Shown here one piece after another: positions 12,801 to 24,900 of a stretch of 64,000 bases of DNA; the first letter of the stretch is position 1; the number at the start of each line of letters is the position of its first letter. The position numbers and the translations under genes were made by a program. The notes under the pieces are model-generated. The model was given only the letters and a program-made list of their open reading frames with translations, made no database searches and was not told the DNA's origin. The stretch spans positions 6,200,001-6,264,000 of the forward strand of contig NC_047066.1 of assembly GCF_902459465.1 (NCBI RefSeq), written 5' to 3'. The stretch comes from Asterias rubens (Eukaryota).

Positions 12801-14361
12801 ACACCGAAGTTGTGTGCTTTCAGATGCTTGATTTCGAGACCTCAAGTTCTACAATGTAAACTTGAGGTCTCAAAATCAAATTCATGGAAAATTACTTCTT
12901 TCTCTTAAACTAGGTCACTTCAGAGGGAGCTGTTTCTCACAATGTGTTCAACCATCAACCTCTCTCCATTACTCGTACCAAATAAGATTTTATGCCAATA
13001 ATTATTTTGGGTAATTACCAATAGTGTCCACTGCCACTGCCTTTAAAGGGCAATGGAGTAAAACATACAAAAATTTGATAAAACTTTCACAGAGCAGTTG
13101 TGGAATGATAGATTTCCTGCAACTCAAATGTACAATGAGTTCTTAATAATTTGCTAAAATTCAAAATTGTTGGACGAAACCATTCATAGTCTGCTGCGTA
13201 GCGCAAGGCCATTTGTTTTGTTTATTCATTTTATGTAATAGTAGGATTTGAAACTTTGCATGGTGGAAGTATTTAACTAAGAGAGGTTTGCGGTAACACC
13301 ACATTAATAATCTTTCGAGTAGTGCTGGAACTGAAACCACCAGTTATTTTCAAAACCAACACTACTCAAAAGAGATATTCACAGTGGTGTTATCCCAAAA
13401 CTTCTCTTATTAATTTTATTACACGCCCAACAGCACAACCATGTAGCACCAATAACAGGATGAATAGACAACGAGAAGAAATGTTCAGTTTTGGATGTGG
13501 GAGGGAAAACCCTAAATGGGGAAACCAACACAATCTGGGCCCAATTTCTCTTGATAAAAACAGGTTTACCAACCATATTTCCATGTGATTTTCAGGATAA
13601 GCAAACAAAAGCTGAATACCGGTAACAAGTGCTATGTAACAAATGGAAATTTGGCTGGTAATCCTGTTTTTATCAGGGAAGAAATTTCATGCTTAGCAAA
13701 TTGTTGTGCTTAGCAGCTCTATAAAATTGGGCCCGGTAGTGGCTGGAAAACTAAACCCAATCCACATGCAAGGCTCCGGTCTGAGGTGGGGGTGTTCGGA
13801 CCCAATCCCCAGGACAGAGGCAGGCCCAAAAACTTTCTAATTTAGGGGAAGCCAGGCATGAAATACCTATTTTGTAGCAATAAGACGTCCTTTTTCACTG
13901 TAAATTCTTTTGCTTTGTGTCTGTACTCTTTACGTCTGTACTATGCTTGGGACCAAGGAAAACCAGTGGTTACTGAATGGGTCAGTTGAAGTAAAAAATA
14001 AATAAATAAACGCATAAAGAATGAAAATATAAATTGACGTACCCACGGATGCAAGCACATCAGCAACTGACAACCACGTCAGAATTTTCCTCTGTCGCTG
14101 GACCACTCTGAAAGATTGTCTCTGTCTGGGAACGTACGCCTTCTTGGGCAGAAGGATGTACACTGCCCCAACGATACTCAAGCACGAGGACAAAATAGCG
14201 CAGATGTTGTATACCACCGGCATGCCGAACTCCCCTCTATGATACGGCCTGGCGTTCGACATGATCACGTCTGGCATGTGACTGGCGTTCCATTTGCTGA
14301 TGTTGTGATGGATCGAATACTGGACTGCACAGCAGATCAGGTCTAAAGTTGGTGAGGCCAT
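3813..14361 (-). CDS. GPR143: GPR143/OA1-like 7TM GPCR (ocular albinism type 1 family), 8 coding exons, about 408 aa
   Basis: Exons (minus strand): 14361-14043, 10117-9972, 8451-8363, 7414-7319, 6689-6565, 5145-5040, 4881-4773, 4049-3813. All introns are GT..AG, phases 1,0,2,2,1,2,0; total 1227 nt, open frame. Peptides MASPTLDLICC, AWIQYFFVATYFWTFFYAVD, PHYLVSYVPMFIVLSVNPILY, GIYTDRERK, WLPNVINGCLLF and MNPLQAFL parallel human GPR143 ([81 protein letters not shown]). Intron phases match the human gene as I recall it. Confidence 0.93.
4177..4401. repeat. Inverted pair of tRNA-derived SINE heads
   Basis: TAGCTCAGTTTGTAGAGCG (A-box-like) and GGTTCAAATCC (B-box-like) at 4318-4372, with an inverted copy at 4177-4258. 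Confidence 0.75.
6854..7250. mobile_element. Non-autonomous TIR element family A (Kolobok-like, TTAA-flanked), full copy
   Basis: TTAA|AGACAGTGGACACTATTGGTAATT ... AATTACCAATAGTGTCCACTGCCT|TTAA. A TTAA target with purine-purine termini fits Kolobok rather than piggyBac. No transposase is encoded. Confidence 0.85.
9356..9790. mobile_element. Family A MITE copy
   Basis: Same TIR and internal CTTCAGAGGGAGCCGTTTCTCAC core. Confidence 0.8.
10893..11078. mobile_element. Fully palindromic about 185-bp hairpin MITE (GGCCCGGTCACAC termini)
   Basis: Self-complementary end to end; further copies at 24606-24792 and 49961-50145, partial copy at 10678-10830. Confidence 0.82.
11815..12186. mobile_element. 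Family A MITE copy
   Basis: GGTACACTATTGGTAACTG ... GTGTACCTTCCCTTTAA termini and shared core. Confidence 0.8.
12302..12662. mobile_element. Family B MITE (TAAAGCCATTxxACACTTTCGGTA TIR)
   Basis: Homologous over its length to 29746-30115; degenerate right TIR abuts a family A copy. Confidence 0.8.
12661..13046. mobile_element. Family A MITE copy
   Basis: Both TIRs are present, with a small CACTGC duplication in the right TIR. Confidence 0.82.
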
Positions 14362-15100
14362 GATGAGTTACTGATCAAATTGTATTCAGCTCGTCAATGA
14401 AATCATGTACATTTTATTAGACGTCAAATTTCTAGACCTCATCAATTCTCATGCTGAACACTCGACATGCTAATTAGGGTGACAATCTTTTCGCTGGGTT
14501 TCTTAAGTTCACGCCAAGGTCTGAAACGTGCGAGTATGAGTTCTGTCGACTTGACTTCCAGTATAGTTTTCTAAACTGCATCAACTTTCATGCTGGAGAC
14601 TCGACATGCCATTAAGCTACAATCTTTTTCTAAATCCACGCGACGCCAAGGTTTTCAACCCGTGAGAATACGTTACGGTTCTGTTGACTTGACTTCCAGT
14701 TTGAACAATGTCACACCAACTAAACTAGGTACTATACTGTCAACAAGGTCTTTGTGAAACAAGAAAATTGCCCGTGAACTTTCAAGCATTCCAAGTGTCG
14801 TGTTTCCACTTCCTCCTTGTGGAGCCTTGACTAGTTTTTAAGGTCGAACGGCGATGACGACACGCAAACCTCACATTATTTCCTGCAGATCAGTCAACAT
14901 TCTCTGATCCATCTGGCCTCTTTGAACTCGTCTCATCAATTTGTCTTGTCCTTTATTGCGGAAGAGAAGAAAAAAAATCACAATAAAAAAGTTGCTGTTT
15001 TGGTTATCAGGACTTCACATAATCAATTATGATGATCGCTAGGACAATGTTTACCAAGTTTTTACTTCCACTTTATATAGCATCCATAGAAAATATTTGT

Positions 15101-15486
15101 TTAAAGGCACTGGATATGCTTGGTTATTGCTAAAGACCAGTATTCTCAATTGGTGTATCCCAATATAATTAAATGCATAAAATAACATGTCTGTAAAAAT
15201 TTAGGCTCAATTGGGCATCGAAGTTGCAAAAAAATCAATCAAGAAAAAAAACCTGGGTGCACAAATTTGTGTGCTTTTAGTTGCCTGAGAAATGCTTCAG
15301 GCCTGAAGTCTTTCTCAGATTCAAATATTTTAGTGAGAAATTACTGAGTCTTTCTCAAAAACTACATTACTTCAGAGGGAGCTGTTTCTCACAATGTTTT
15401 ATACTGTCAACAGCTCTCCATTGCTTGTTACCAAGTAAGTTGTCATGATTAATGTAGTAATTGCCAAATGTGTCCAGTGCCTTTAA
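15101..15486. mobile_element. Family A MITE copy
   Basis: TTAAAGGCACTGGA ... TGTCCAGTGCCTTTAA. Confidence 0.82.
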
Positions 15487-17548
15487 ACATCATCCGTCTG
15501 GGGTTTTTCCTCTCTTATTTCCTGGAAACAAACCCTTAGAAATAACCTTTTCTATAAATAGCGATATTTATAGCCAACATGAACCTGGGACTTTCCACTG
15601 TCAACAGTCAGACTCAACTTATTAAATCAACATCAAATTTTATTAGTATGGTGATGACAGTGTTTTTTAAACTTATGACCCCATCACGGTTATTTATCAA
15701 ATAAACAAAACTTTGCACGCTATCAAATAAGCTTGGGCATTATTGCTTTTTTAACCCATTAATGTTAACCTTTTTTAAAAATCCTGATAATCAATGATGT
15801 CGCCTATTTATTTTTTAATTCTGAAGTTCCAAAATCTCGCAAACAGGTGGTTAAACACCCTGTAAATATGAAAATTCAATGGAGTATCAAAGTGTCAGTG
15901 GAAAGACAAGGGGAATAGAGGCAGATTAGGGCCTAATGGTTGTGGAAAACAAATAATGAGAAAAAAAACAGAGAACTAAAATAGAAGCGGTAGTAACTGA
16001 TTGGTTTACATGGCTTAGAGACCAACAGAGCCACATATTGAGAGAGTTGTGAAAACTTGCTATTAGAAGCCACTTTTTCAAGGAATCAAAAGTGAACACA
16101 GCTGAACCATCAGCCAAAATATCAATGCGATGTGATGCATTTTCCTTCAGTAAATGAGAAATTAATACCTTGTGAAAAATAGGACCTTTGTGCTGATTGA
16201 AAGCTGCGATTCTCTTCTATTTATTGAGCAACTAAAGTTTGGAAGGAAGTGCTGGTAATGGCAGGGAGCATCACAATTATTCAGGCATTTATTCTCAATT
16301 GAAGAGTCAATGGTGACTGTTTATTTTTCAAACTTCAAGACAATCGACTGTGGTCAGTGCAATAGATGGCAGACGAACCCTTGAGGCATGATTTTACTGA
16401 CAATCAGTGAACTCCTGGATATGAGGGTCTATTTCTGGGGTGGAAAAGTTTAGCCTTTGGGTAACAGGTTGCAACATTTTCTCTAAAGGGCTCTTCTGGC
16501 CAAGTTGACGTTTGCCTTTTTTATTTGACATGTACAAGCCCCTTTTCAGTGCTCTTTTATGCCATCGACTATTTTGGATAAGATAAACCGGTGTCAGTGT
16601 AAAAACATTATACACAATGTATGCATTTAAATGAAACAAAAGATTTTAAAAAGAGGTAAATTATCAAAATAAAGCATAAACATGTAACTTATACTCTGCA
16701 ACAAAGGTTCATCTCAAACTCCAGATTTCAAGTGGTGGGGAAACCGGGGGGGGGGGGGGGGGGGAACCTATGTACCACCTGAGTTAAATACTAACTGCTT
16801 TTCAAGCGATTAAACTTGGGGGTTTCCGAGGGCAAACAAATCAAAAATCTTATTTTAGTGGGAAGGATATCAGTTTGGTGTACGTGTGCAAACATGAAAG
16901 TGTTAAACTTTAAACAACCCAAAGTTATCATCATCCAGATTTTAATGTTAGTCACATTCATTACTCAAGTACCATTGAATTTTGATGCACTTACAATTTA
17001 TATGCAAAGAAGTTTCGTTTTGAAAAATGTTTGCCTTTTTATGCAGTGACTGTGGAATTTGGAATGTTTATTCAGAAGAAGTCACGCTACAACTGTATAA
17101 ACCCGAACAACCCAAAAGTTCAGTGTGGAAAGGTTCAAAAACAGGCTGTTTCAAAGTGCTGTATTTGTATTGTTTACATAACTCTGGCTTTATGACCTAA
17201 TTTTGTTCCACATTATGGGGTATTCTGGACCCAAATGTTGCAAATTTGATCAAAGCCTGCTGACTTGAACCAAGTCCTCAAAATATTGTTAACTTGATTT
17301 GTATTGGTTTTTAAGATTGTGTAATCTGGAGCGTTCTAATCTGGAGTTTTGTGAATTTTTGAACTTAAATTTATCGTCCACAATTTTACAGGTAGCAGCC
17401 TACAATGCAAACAGTATCAGCCCAGTATGTTTACTTCTTGTGAAAAGGGGAAACCCTGAGGTTGCTCATCATTCTGCTAATTTAAAACGGACTTTTGAGT
17501 TTGACAAGGTTTTATCTTGGTAATCCATAAGCTGCACCATACATTCAC

Positions 17549-17720
17549 CTTGCCATTTTGTGCCGTGGTCTTGGCCGTGCAAATAAAGGGCTGAGCCAAA
17601 GGCAGGTTCTAAATGCGCCCGACCAAGACGCTGCCGGTGTCGTGCCAATAAGGTTCCGCCAAAGATTATAGAGCGCCGCAAGGCGCAAGATGCGGAACTG
17701 AAGCTTTATCTATTGTTGGA
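17549..17720 (-). other. Candidate alternative or additional 5' non-coding exon of GPR143
   Basis: GC-rich island ending in donor AG|GTGAAT at 17549/17548. The matching acceptor (long pyrimidine tract + AG) precedes 14950, upstream of the GPR143 ATG. Confidence 0.35.
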
Positions 17721-18939
17721 ACGTGAAAATACACATGGGCGCCATTTCCTCAAGTGAATGTTTTGTTTCCCATTGATAGGAATGGTCATTGTCTGCACTG
17801 ATCTACTGTTGTATCAAAAGAGTTACTTGCCGAAATGGCGTCCAGCGGGATTTCACATTTCAGCCCGAGTTTCGCATTTTGCAAAGTCCGCAAAGGAATT
17901 TGACTGCGTATCTATATGTGAAATGACCGAGGTCAGAGGTCAAACTACATGCCGGTTTTGCAATTTTTGAGGCCGGTCTCTGCTGATGTTATTCACGAGC
18001 CTCAAAGAATGACGTCAGACGCTCAGGCTAACATGGTGCCACCACTTTTTCACTTATTTTTACAAAAAAGGATATCTCAATCATTGAGGTTATCATTCAT
18101 AGATAATGAATTCTGCATTCTGTACGAAACACCAGGCGTTTGTACAGTACTAAACAGATGCAGATGCAGATACAGAAATGACAAAGTTGTAGCGCCATAC
18201 AGAAACTTTTCCCATCAATGATCATGGTCCTACCAACCGAGAGGTAGACATCTATATGATCTATCTATGATCTAGAATTCTACCTCAATTGTCCTACACT
18301 ACCTACATGTACCAAATCAAAGGCCTATCAATTCTGCCTCCTCTGATGTACTCTGATAACCTTCCGTATGGCGCCACCACTTTTTCACTCATTTTTACAA
18401 AAAGGGATATATCAATCAGGTAAATTAGATACTATATTATTTTATTTCGAATGAAAAAGTGGTGGCGCCATACGGAAACTTTTCCTGATGTACTCCTGAG
18501 TCCTAGAACTATTTCGGTTTCGTCCGGCTATCGTCTCCGTATTAAACGGGAGACGATCGCCGGACGAAACCGAAATAGTTCTAGGTACCTCCTATACTAT
18601 GCTGGCACTGCCAGGGCGCCGGCCGCCGCGCCAGGCTCGGGCTGACAGTTACAACGGTACCGGACAGCAGGAGGGAGTATTGGGAGCCAGTAAGGCCAGT
18701 CTCCGTTGCCTTTTGTTGTGTATTGTTGCGTGTATGTGACAATTGTGTGTTGTTTTGTAAATGGAGGCTTTTTCTACGTTTTCTTTGTAGTGATGATGCA
18801 ACTCGACAGAGGAGTCACTGGGCTAAACTGTGCTGAACTGTAATGTAGGAAACATAAATTGTATACTCAACACTCATCTACCACTCAGCCACCGTAACAT
18901 ACATTTCCGCCGAAACTGATGGCATAAAAAATTACTCAC

Positions 18940-19470
18940 CAAAACAAGACGGATGGTCCAAGGGAATGAAACACTTTCTCTGCTGCTCCCTTGTTTGTAA
19001 ATGTTTGTACTTGTCACTTTCTCACTGAGAGAGCACACGTGATGCATTTACCGATAGAGGGCGCACATTAACCTGACTGTCACCACACAGGAGATCTGAG
19101 CGCGCAGCATTGCTTTGAAAGTTGGCCCCCCAGGGAGAGACCAATAATAAAAGATCGTAATAAAAGAGATATTAAAATGTATTCCTAACAAAAAAGACAC
19201 AACTTTGTTTCAATGAATACATGCTGACTTTATCACTCATAATGAACATAATTTAATGGAAAGTGTCATCCCAGTTTGCTGTCCCGGCTGCTGCAAAGGG
19301 AATACTCCATCCATCAAGTATCACATGACGAGCACGCGGCCGCTTATGTTTTACTAAAATCACTGTGGGCGGGAAAAACTTATTCCCAAAAATAAATTCA
19401 TTATTAATGCTCGCGCGCCCATTCCGTTTTAGCAGAGTCGACATTTAGGCCTATGTCACGTGAGACAAAT
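18940..19470 (-). promoter_or_regulatory. Candidate GPR143 promoter and non-coding exon with three MiT/TFE-type E-boxes
   Basis: Donor TG|GTGAGTA at 18940. CACGTGAT at 19036, TCACATGAC at 19321, GTCACGTGA at 19455; CTCF-like CCGATAGAGGGCGC at 19051. Confidence 0.5.
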
Positions 19471-20869
19471 ACGGACATCCTTTTCAAGGCAACCTCTATG
19501 AATAAATTGGAATTACTATATGTTTCGGGAACCTCTAGCGTGAGACACCTTTTGAAAAAAATACGCATGTGCTTGTTGGCCACGGTCACCTGTCACAATA
19601 ACAGGGCCCTTTATAGAGCCCGCCGAAATTTATGTCATAAATTAACGTAATGGTCACCACCGTTTTTGTGCAAAAATTCTGCATTATTGTTAACACTTAA
19701 TTACTACAATCATGCATGAGGTCAATATTAGTCTCAACTAAGGCAGGGTAAACTACTGAAACGGGGACCAGTGGTGCGTGCGGGGGGTGGGGGGGGGGGG
19801 GTGAAAGGAAAACTCTAGTTCAAAATTCGAAAAGAATTAATGCAGATAATTAAAATTTTAGAAAGCAAAGGTGTGCGCTTAGGCCAGAATCGATGTTGGG
19901 CCTAACGTAAGAATAATAAAATAAAAGTCTTAAACATTTGAAACATTACAAATAGGATTACACGATTTTATTAGTTAATAGAAAAACAAAATCATAAAAA
20001 ATTATTATAGTTTTAAGAAACATAATGTAATTATTTCAAAATGGTATAAAGCAGAACTGAAATAAATCATTCACCAAATAATTATCTTCACTTATTTAGA
20101 ATTCATTCATAAGTGGAGTGCCTCCACTCAAATAGTGTATTTGATTTTGTAATATTTAAAATATATAAAAATAAAAACACAAATATAATACAAACAGCCC
20201 TTACACCAAATTGGATGTAATTATTTTTTTTTACAAACAGAGGAACTGCAGTAGCACAAAAACTTACTATGCATCAAACATTTTCGCTAAATACTCAGTG
20301 GGAAAGAGTTATCAGCCATGATGTTTCAAGTGCATTTATATAGTATAAACTGGTGACCGGCTCCCTGCCTAGTTTTGCTAAGCAGACTTTTAAAAGCAAC
20401 ATTTTCTGCTAATATGCAGCTCTTTAAGAAATAATGGTCCCTGTTGTAGAAAATAGGTAGGCCTATGAATAAAAACATCATTAAACACAGAAAAGATCGA
20501 GGCCAGCTCAACACAAAGCGATCCACAACAAGAAAGAAATTAGCCTAAAGTATGATAAGAGCATAATAGCAGATTAGACAATATTAAAAAATAAATAAAT
20601 AAATAAATAAATTTAAAAAAAATCTTTGTCAACAAAGAACTTCTTTTAATTAATTAATGCACGGTGTACTCAAATAACTAAACTAATTATTTACAATAAT
20701 TTACATCTTATTTTAAATTTACAGCTGCAAAAATATGACTAGGCTAACCATTTACTTTAAGCCAAAAATGAAGTGTTTAACAAATTAGAAAGAAACAAAA
20801 TATAAAATAAAATAAATAATATGTTCAGTCCAATAAAATAATCAGTTGCATTTTGATTTTAAAAATAAT

Positions 20870-20990
20870 TTGTTTTTACCCTTACACCGATGTATATTGA
20901 GCACTGTATACTCAGCACTTTCCTGAGCCCTGTGGAACAAATCCACAGGGTGGGATTTGAACCCACAACCTCTGCATTCAGATATCTTAC
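20870..20990 (-). repeat. SINE fragment (B-box GGTTCAAATCCC + GTGTAAGGGTAAAAAC tail family)
   Basis: Related copies at about 520-640, 47280-47350, 51545-51700 and 62950-63070. Confidence 0.65.
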
Positions 20991-21990
20991 CACCACCAAT
21001 ATCTACAACCATCCATCTTTAAAATAACAAAATACTCTGTTAAATGTATATAATTTTTATCAATATCAAAATATTCTGCTAAATATATACATATATTTTA
21101 TCAATAATCTATTGTGTTATCACCACTAAACAAATCAATTAGTAATGACAGACTATAGGCAGTTTGGGTAGAGTGAAGCCCAATCCCTCTTATTTGTTCT
21201 TCTCCTAAATAATATCACACCAAATTGTTTAAATTTAGATAAAATAGCCTAACTGTGTGGTAACTAAAAGGCACTTATTGTTTGGGCCTACTGGCTCCAT
21301 TCCTTTAGAGTCCTTCACTTTGGTGATTGGATGTATATCAGGTCCTGCCTTTTTCATTTCATTACTGAGTGAAATTTACATTAATTCTAAACTATTCTCA
21401 AACTTAAAATACTATGTAACTATACAACACATAACAAAATTATCCTTCCACCAAAGGATGTCTATTCATTTCAGTAATTCAAAATTATGGCACTAATTCA
21501 AGACTGAGGAAAATATTTTGATATTTTGTAAATACTTAGATATTCTGTGAACACTTAGATGTGTTTATATTATTCCATATGCCTGAAGTAAAATACATGT
21601 ACAATGCTTAACTTAGTAGTAGTATATGGGAAGGTCCGACAAGCAGCCACAGCTTGTACTATACGTCTGCCTTCCTCACAAGAAATAACAAAACAACCAG
21701 TCTAGTTTCCTGGTTTCACATCAAACTATTACCATCCTCACGAAAATTGAAACTAATATGAATGGACTAAGCATCCTTGATGTGATTTGGAAGAGTGTTC
21801 CTTTCTTTTGGTCCATAGCAGGAGAGTGAGCAATCTGCAAATGACACAGCATGGGTTCTGATGGGTACGATAACTTGAGGAGAATATGTAGATGATCCAA
21901 TCATCGAGAAAGGACAACATGCCAGTTGACTCCTGAGGACGTTTCTCCACCGTACAGGAAGATGATGATTTGTGACTGAGACACTGGTCC

Positions 21991-24900
21991 TTAAGATCGT
22001 AAGAAGCTCCTTGCGTTAACGACTGCAGATTTGTCTCGGTACATGGAAATGAGTTCACGCCACTTGTCATGAACCTGAAGCAGAAACTGATTACCTACAA
22101 TAACAAAACAAATTAATGAACAAATAAAATAAATAAATACAATTAAGTAAACATAAAAATAGATTAATTATTTGTAAACTAGAGTTTGTTTAATATAGTT
22201 CGCGTTTTCGAGAAAGTGAGTTAAAGCGAAAAAATCTATACTTCCTATACAAATTAATGAATAAATAAAATCAATAAATACAAAAAAATATACATAAAAT
22301 ACATTAATTATTTAAAAACGAGAATTGTTTCAAAAATTGCATTTTCAAATAAGTGATTTAAATTGCAAGAATTTAATTACTTTTTGAATTGTCGTTATTG
22401 TACATACCTTTTACATCGAAAATGAAAAATGCTGTTATTTTAACTTTTTGCAAGCTTTCTATATCTAGATTCGTTTAATTATTTTTACTGTGTAATACTT
22501 TACTGTGTATAAATTTTGTCTGGTCCAGACTTGTTGTTCTTTCCAGCGCGTTGAGGCGGATTCTTTCTGCTATTGTTTTTGTGCTTTATAAATTTATCTT
22601 TATTGTTATTATTCATTAGACTTCCTTGCATAGGATGTAAATCTCTAAGGTCAATGGAAATAACCTGAACAGAGCATTTAACTCCATGCCTAACTTTTGG
22701 CCAATGATAGGTTCTCCTCTATACTCAGTGAGGCGCTGTTTGAGCTTGCGACTTCCATATGTTTGGCGCCAAACAATGTTAAACTTTGTTAAGCTTATGT
22801 TAGAAAATGTAATTTAAATAATAGTAATAATGATAGTTGTACTATCAATAGCTCTCCATTGCTTGTTACCAAGTAAGTTTTAAAGCATTGTCTTGGGTAA
22901 TTACCAATAGTGTGGCAAAGGACTTACCGATAATAATTAATCCTTTCTTGGCTCGTGTCAGGGCAACGTTGACCTGGTTATCATCCATGATAAAGCCAAG
23001 ATTGTGATGCATCCATCCAAGACTGGGTTTCTCCTCAATCTCAACCTTCGGCAAAGAGCGGACCAGCGACAGGATAACATAATCCCATTCCCTTCCTGGG
23101 AGATTAGATGGAATTAAGGAAAAATAAATTACTTTCCAGTTGTTACATCTGAATTTACAAAGTGATTAAAGACACCTTTGGTAATTGACACAGACCAGTC
23201 TTCTCACTTGGTGTATCACAACATGATGCATAACATAACAAATCTGTGAAAATTTGGACTCATTTGACCACCGAAATTGCAAGAGAATAATGGAAGTAAA
23301 AACACCCTTGTCACACAAAGTTGTGTGCTTTAAGATGCTTTGTTTTCGGGACCTCAAAATTTAATTCTGAATTCTAAATATTTTAGTGGAAAAATTACTT
23401 CTTTCTCGAAAACTATACGTTACTTCAGAGGGAGCCGTTTCTCACAATGTTTTATACTATCAATGACTTAAGAAGTTTTTACCAAATGTAAAGGAGATTT
23501 AATTTCGTCTAACTTTAAAGGGATACGTTGCCTTGGAACGGGCGAGTTGGTCTATGAAAATTGTTTGAAAACATTTGTTATAAAATGCATATATTTGAAA
23601 AGATGTTTTAAAAGTAGAATATAATGATCCACAAAAAAATGCCTTGTAATTGCATGGTTTTCCTTATACGTCGTGAACTAACATACTTCAAATTTTTTAC
23701 TCCACATAATGGCCGATTATGTTAGCTTGCAAAACAAAAGGAAAACCATGCAATTTCGAGGCATGTGTGTGGATCATTTGTTTTAAACATCTTTCTAACC
23801 ATATGCATTTCATACCAAACGGCTTCAAACACCTTCATAGACCAACTCGCCTGATCCAAGGCAACGTACGTGTCCCTTTAAGCATTTTAATTTTGAGCTT
23901 ATTGCAAATAAACTGGTAAGAAGTATGGCTGCTAAGATCGGAACTAACCTTGACTGGTGATAACAGTAGTCACTTTGATCTTCTTCAGATCACGTCGATC
24001 CAATGCCAGAGCGTCTCTGATTTCAGCACATTGCAGACGATACTGGGACAGAATGATGATGTTCTCCGGCTTGACGCCTTGATTGAGCAGGTTATTTGCA
24101 ATTCTCACCTAAACACAGCAAATAACACATTTGAAATTTGATAAATTCCCATCAAAATTTTTATTTTATTTTTTACTTTAGCATCACATTTAGGTTGATC
24201 ACATCATTTAATAAGGTTGGGGTACCATCAATACTTTTCAACTTCAATTCTAAATTATAAGTGCTCAATGGTTAAAAGCATAATGTAATTTATACGAACC
24301 ACTTGTTTGACTTCTTCTGGATTTGCTCTGGACATCTCATTCCCTTCTGCAGCCTTACAGGCAAGTATCTTTTCATGGCCGAACACATGACAGAACACAG
24401 CCCGGAAATTTTCACCACCAGGCAACTTCTTGAGGAGCTTCTGGTGTTCTGGCCGTCGCTGCTTCACAGAATTGGCAGTCTCCAGTTTGCTCTCGTAAAA
24501 GGTTTGCGAGGGGAATGCGCAGATGGATTCATGCTATGAAATCACACACACAAAAAAAAAAAATTATAATTACAACTACAGTTTCTCCATCAAGCCTAGA
24601 GAACCTAAAGGCCCGGTCACACACAGGCCTCGATAACGAGAACAACAACGAAAACATTAAAAATGCACGCCCTTGACTGGTTGAATTAGCGTGGGCGTAT
24701 TCTGCTTGGAGCAATTCAACCAATAGAATGCGTTCTCTCTGTGTCGTTATCGTTATCGCTTTAGTTATTGCTGCATAGTGACTCTGCCTTTAGAATTACA
24801 AGTTGTGGTCAGAGTGGAATGGAGTCCTAAACCTCCACCTACCTCCCGGGTTGTGCCACTGGACAGATGTTGCCATAAAAGGGTAAAGTTGGCCCACCTT

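Noticed and set aside
21753-22070. 105-aa ORF overlapping the last HELZ2 exon
   Set aside because: Alternative frame running into the 3' UTR; phase and helicase C-terminal similarity (GNQFLLQVHDKWRELI) support the other frame.
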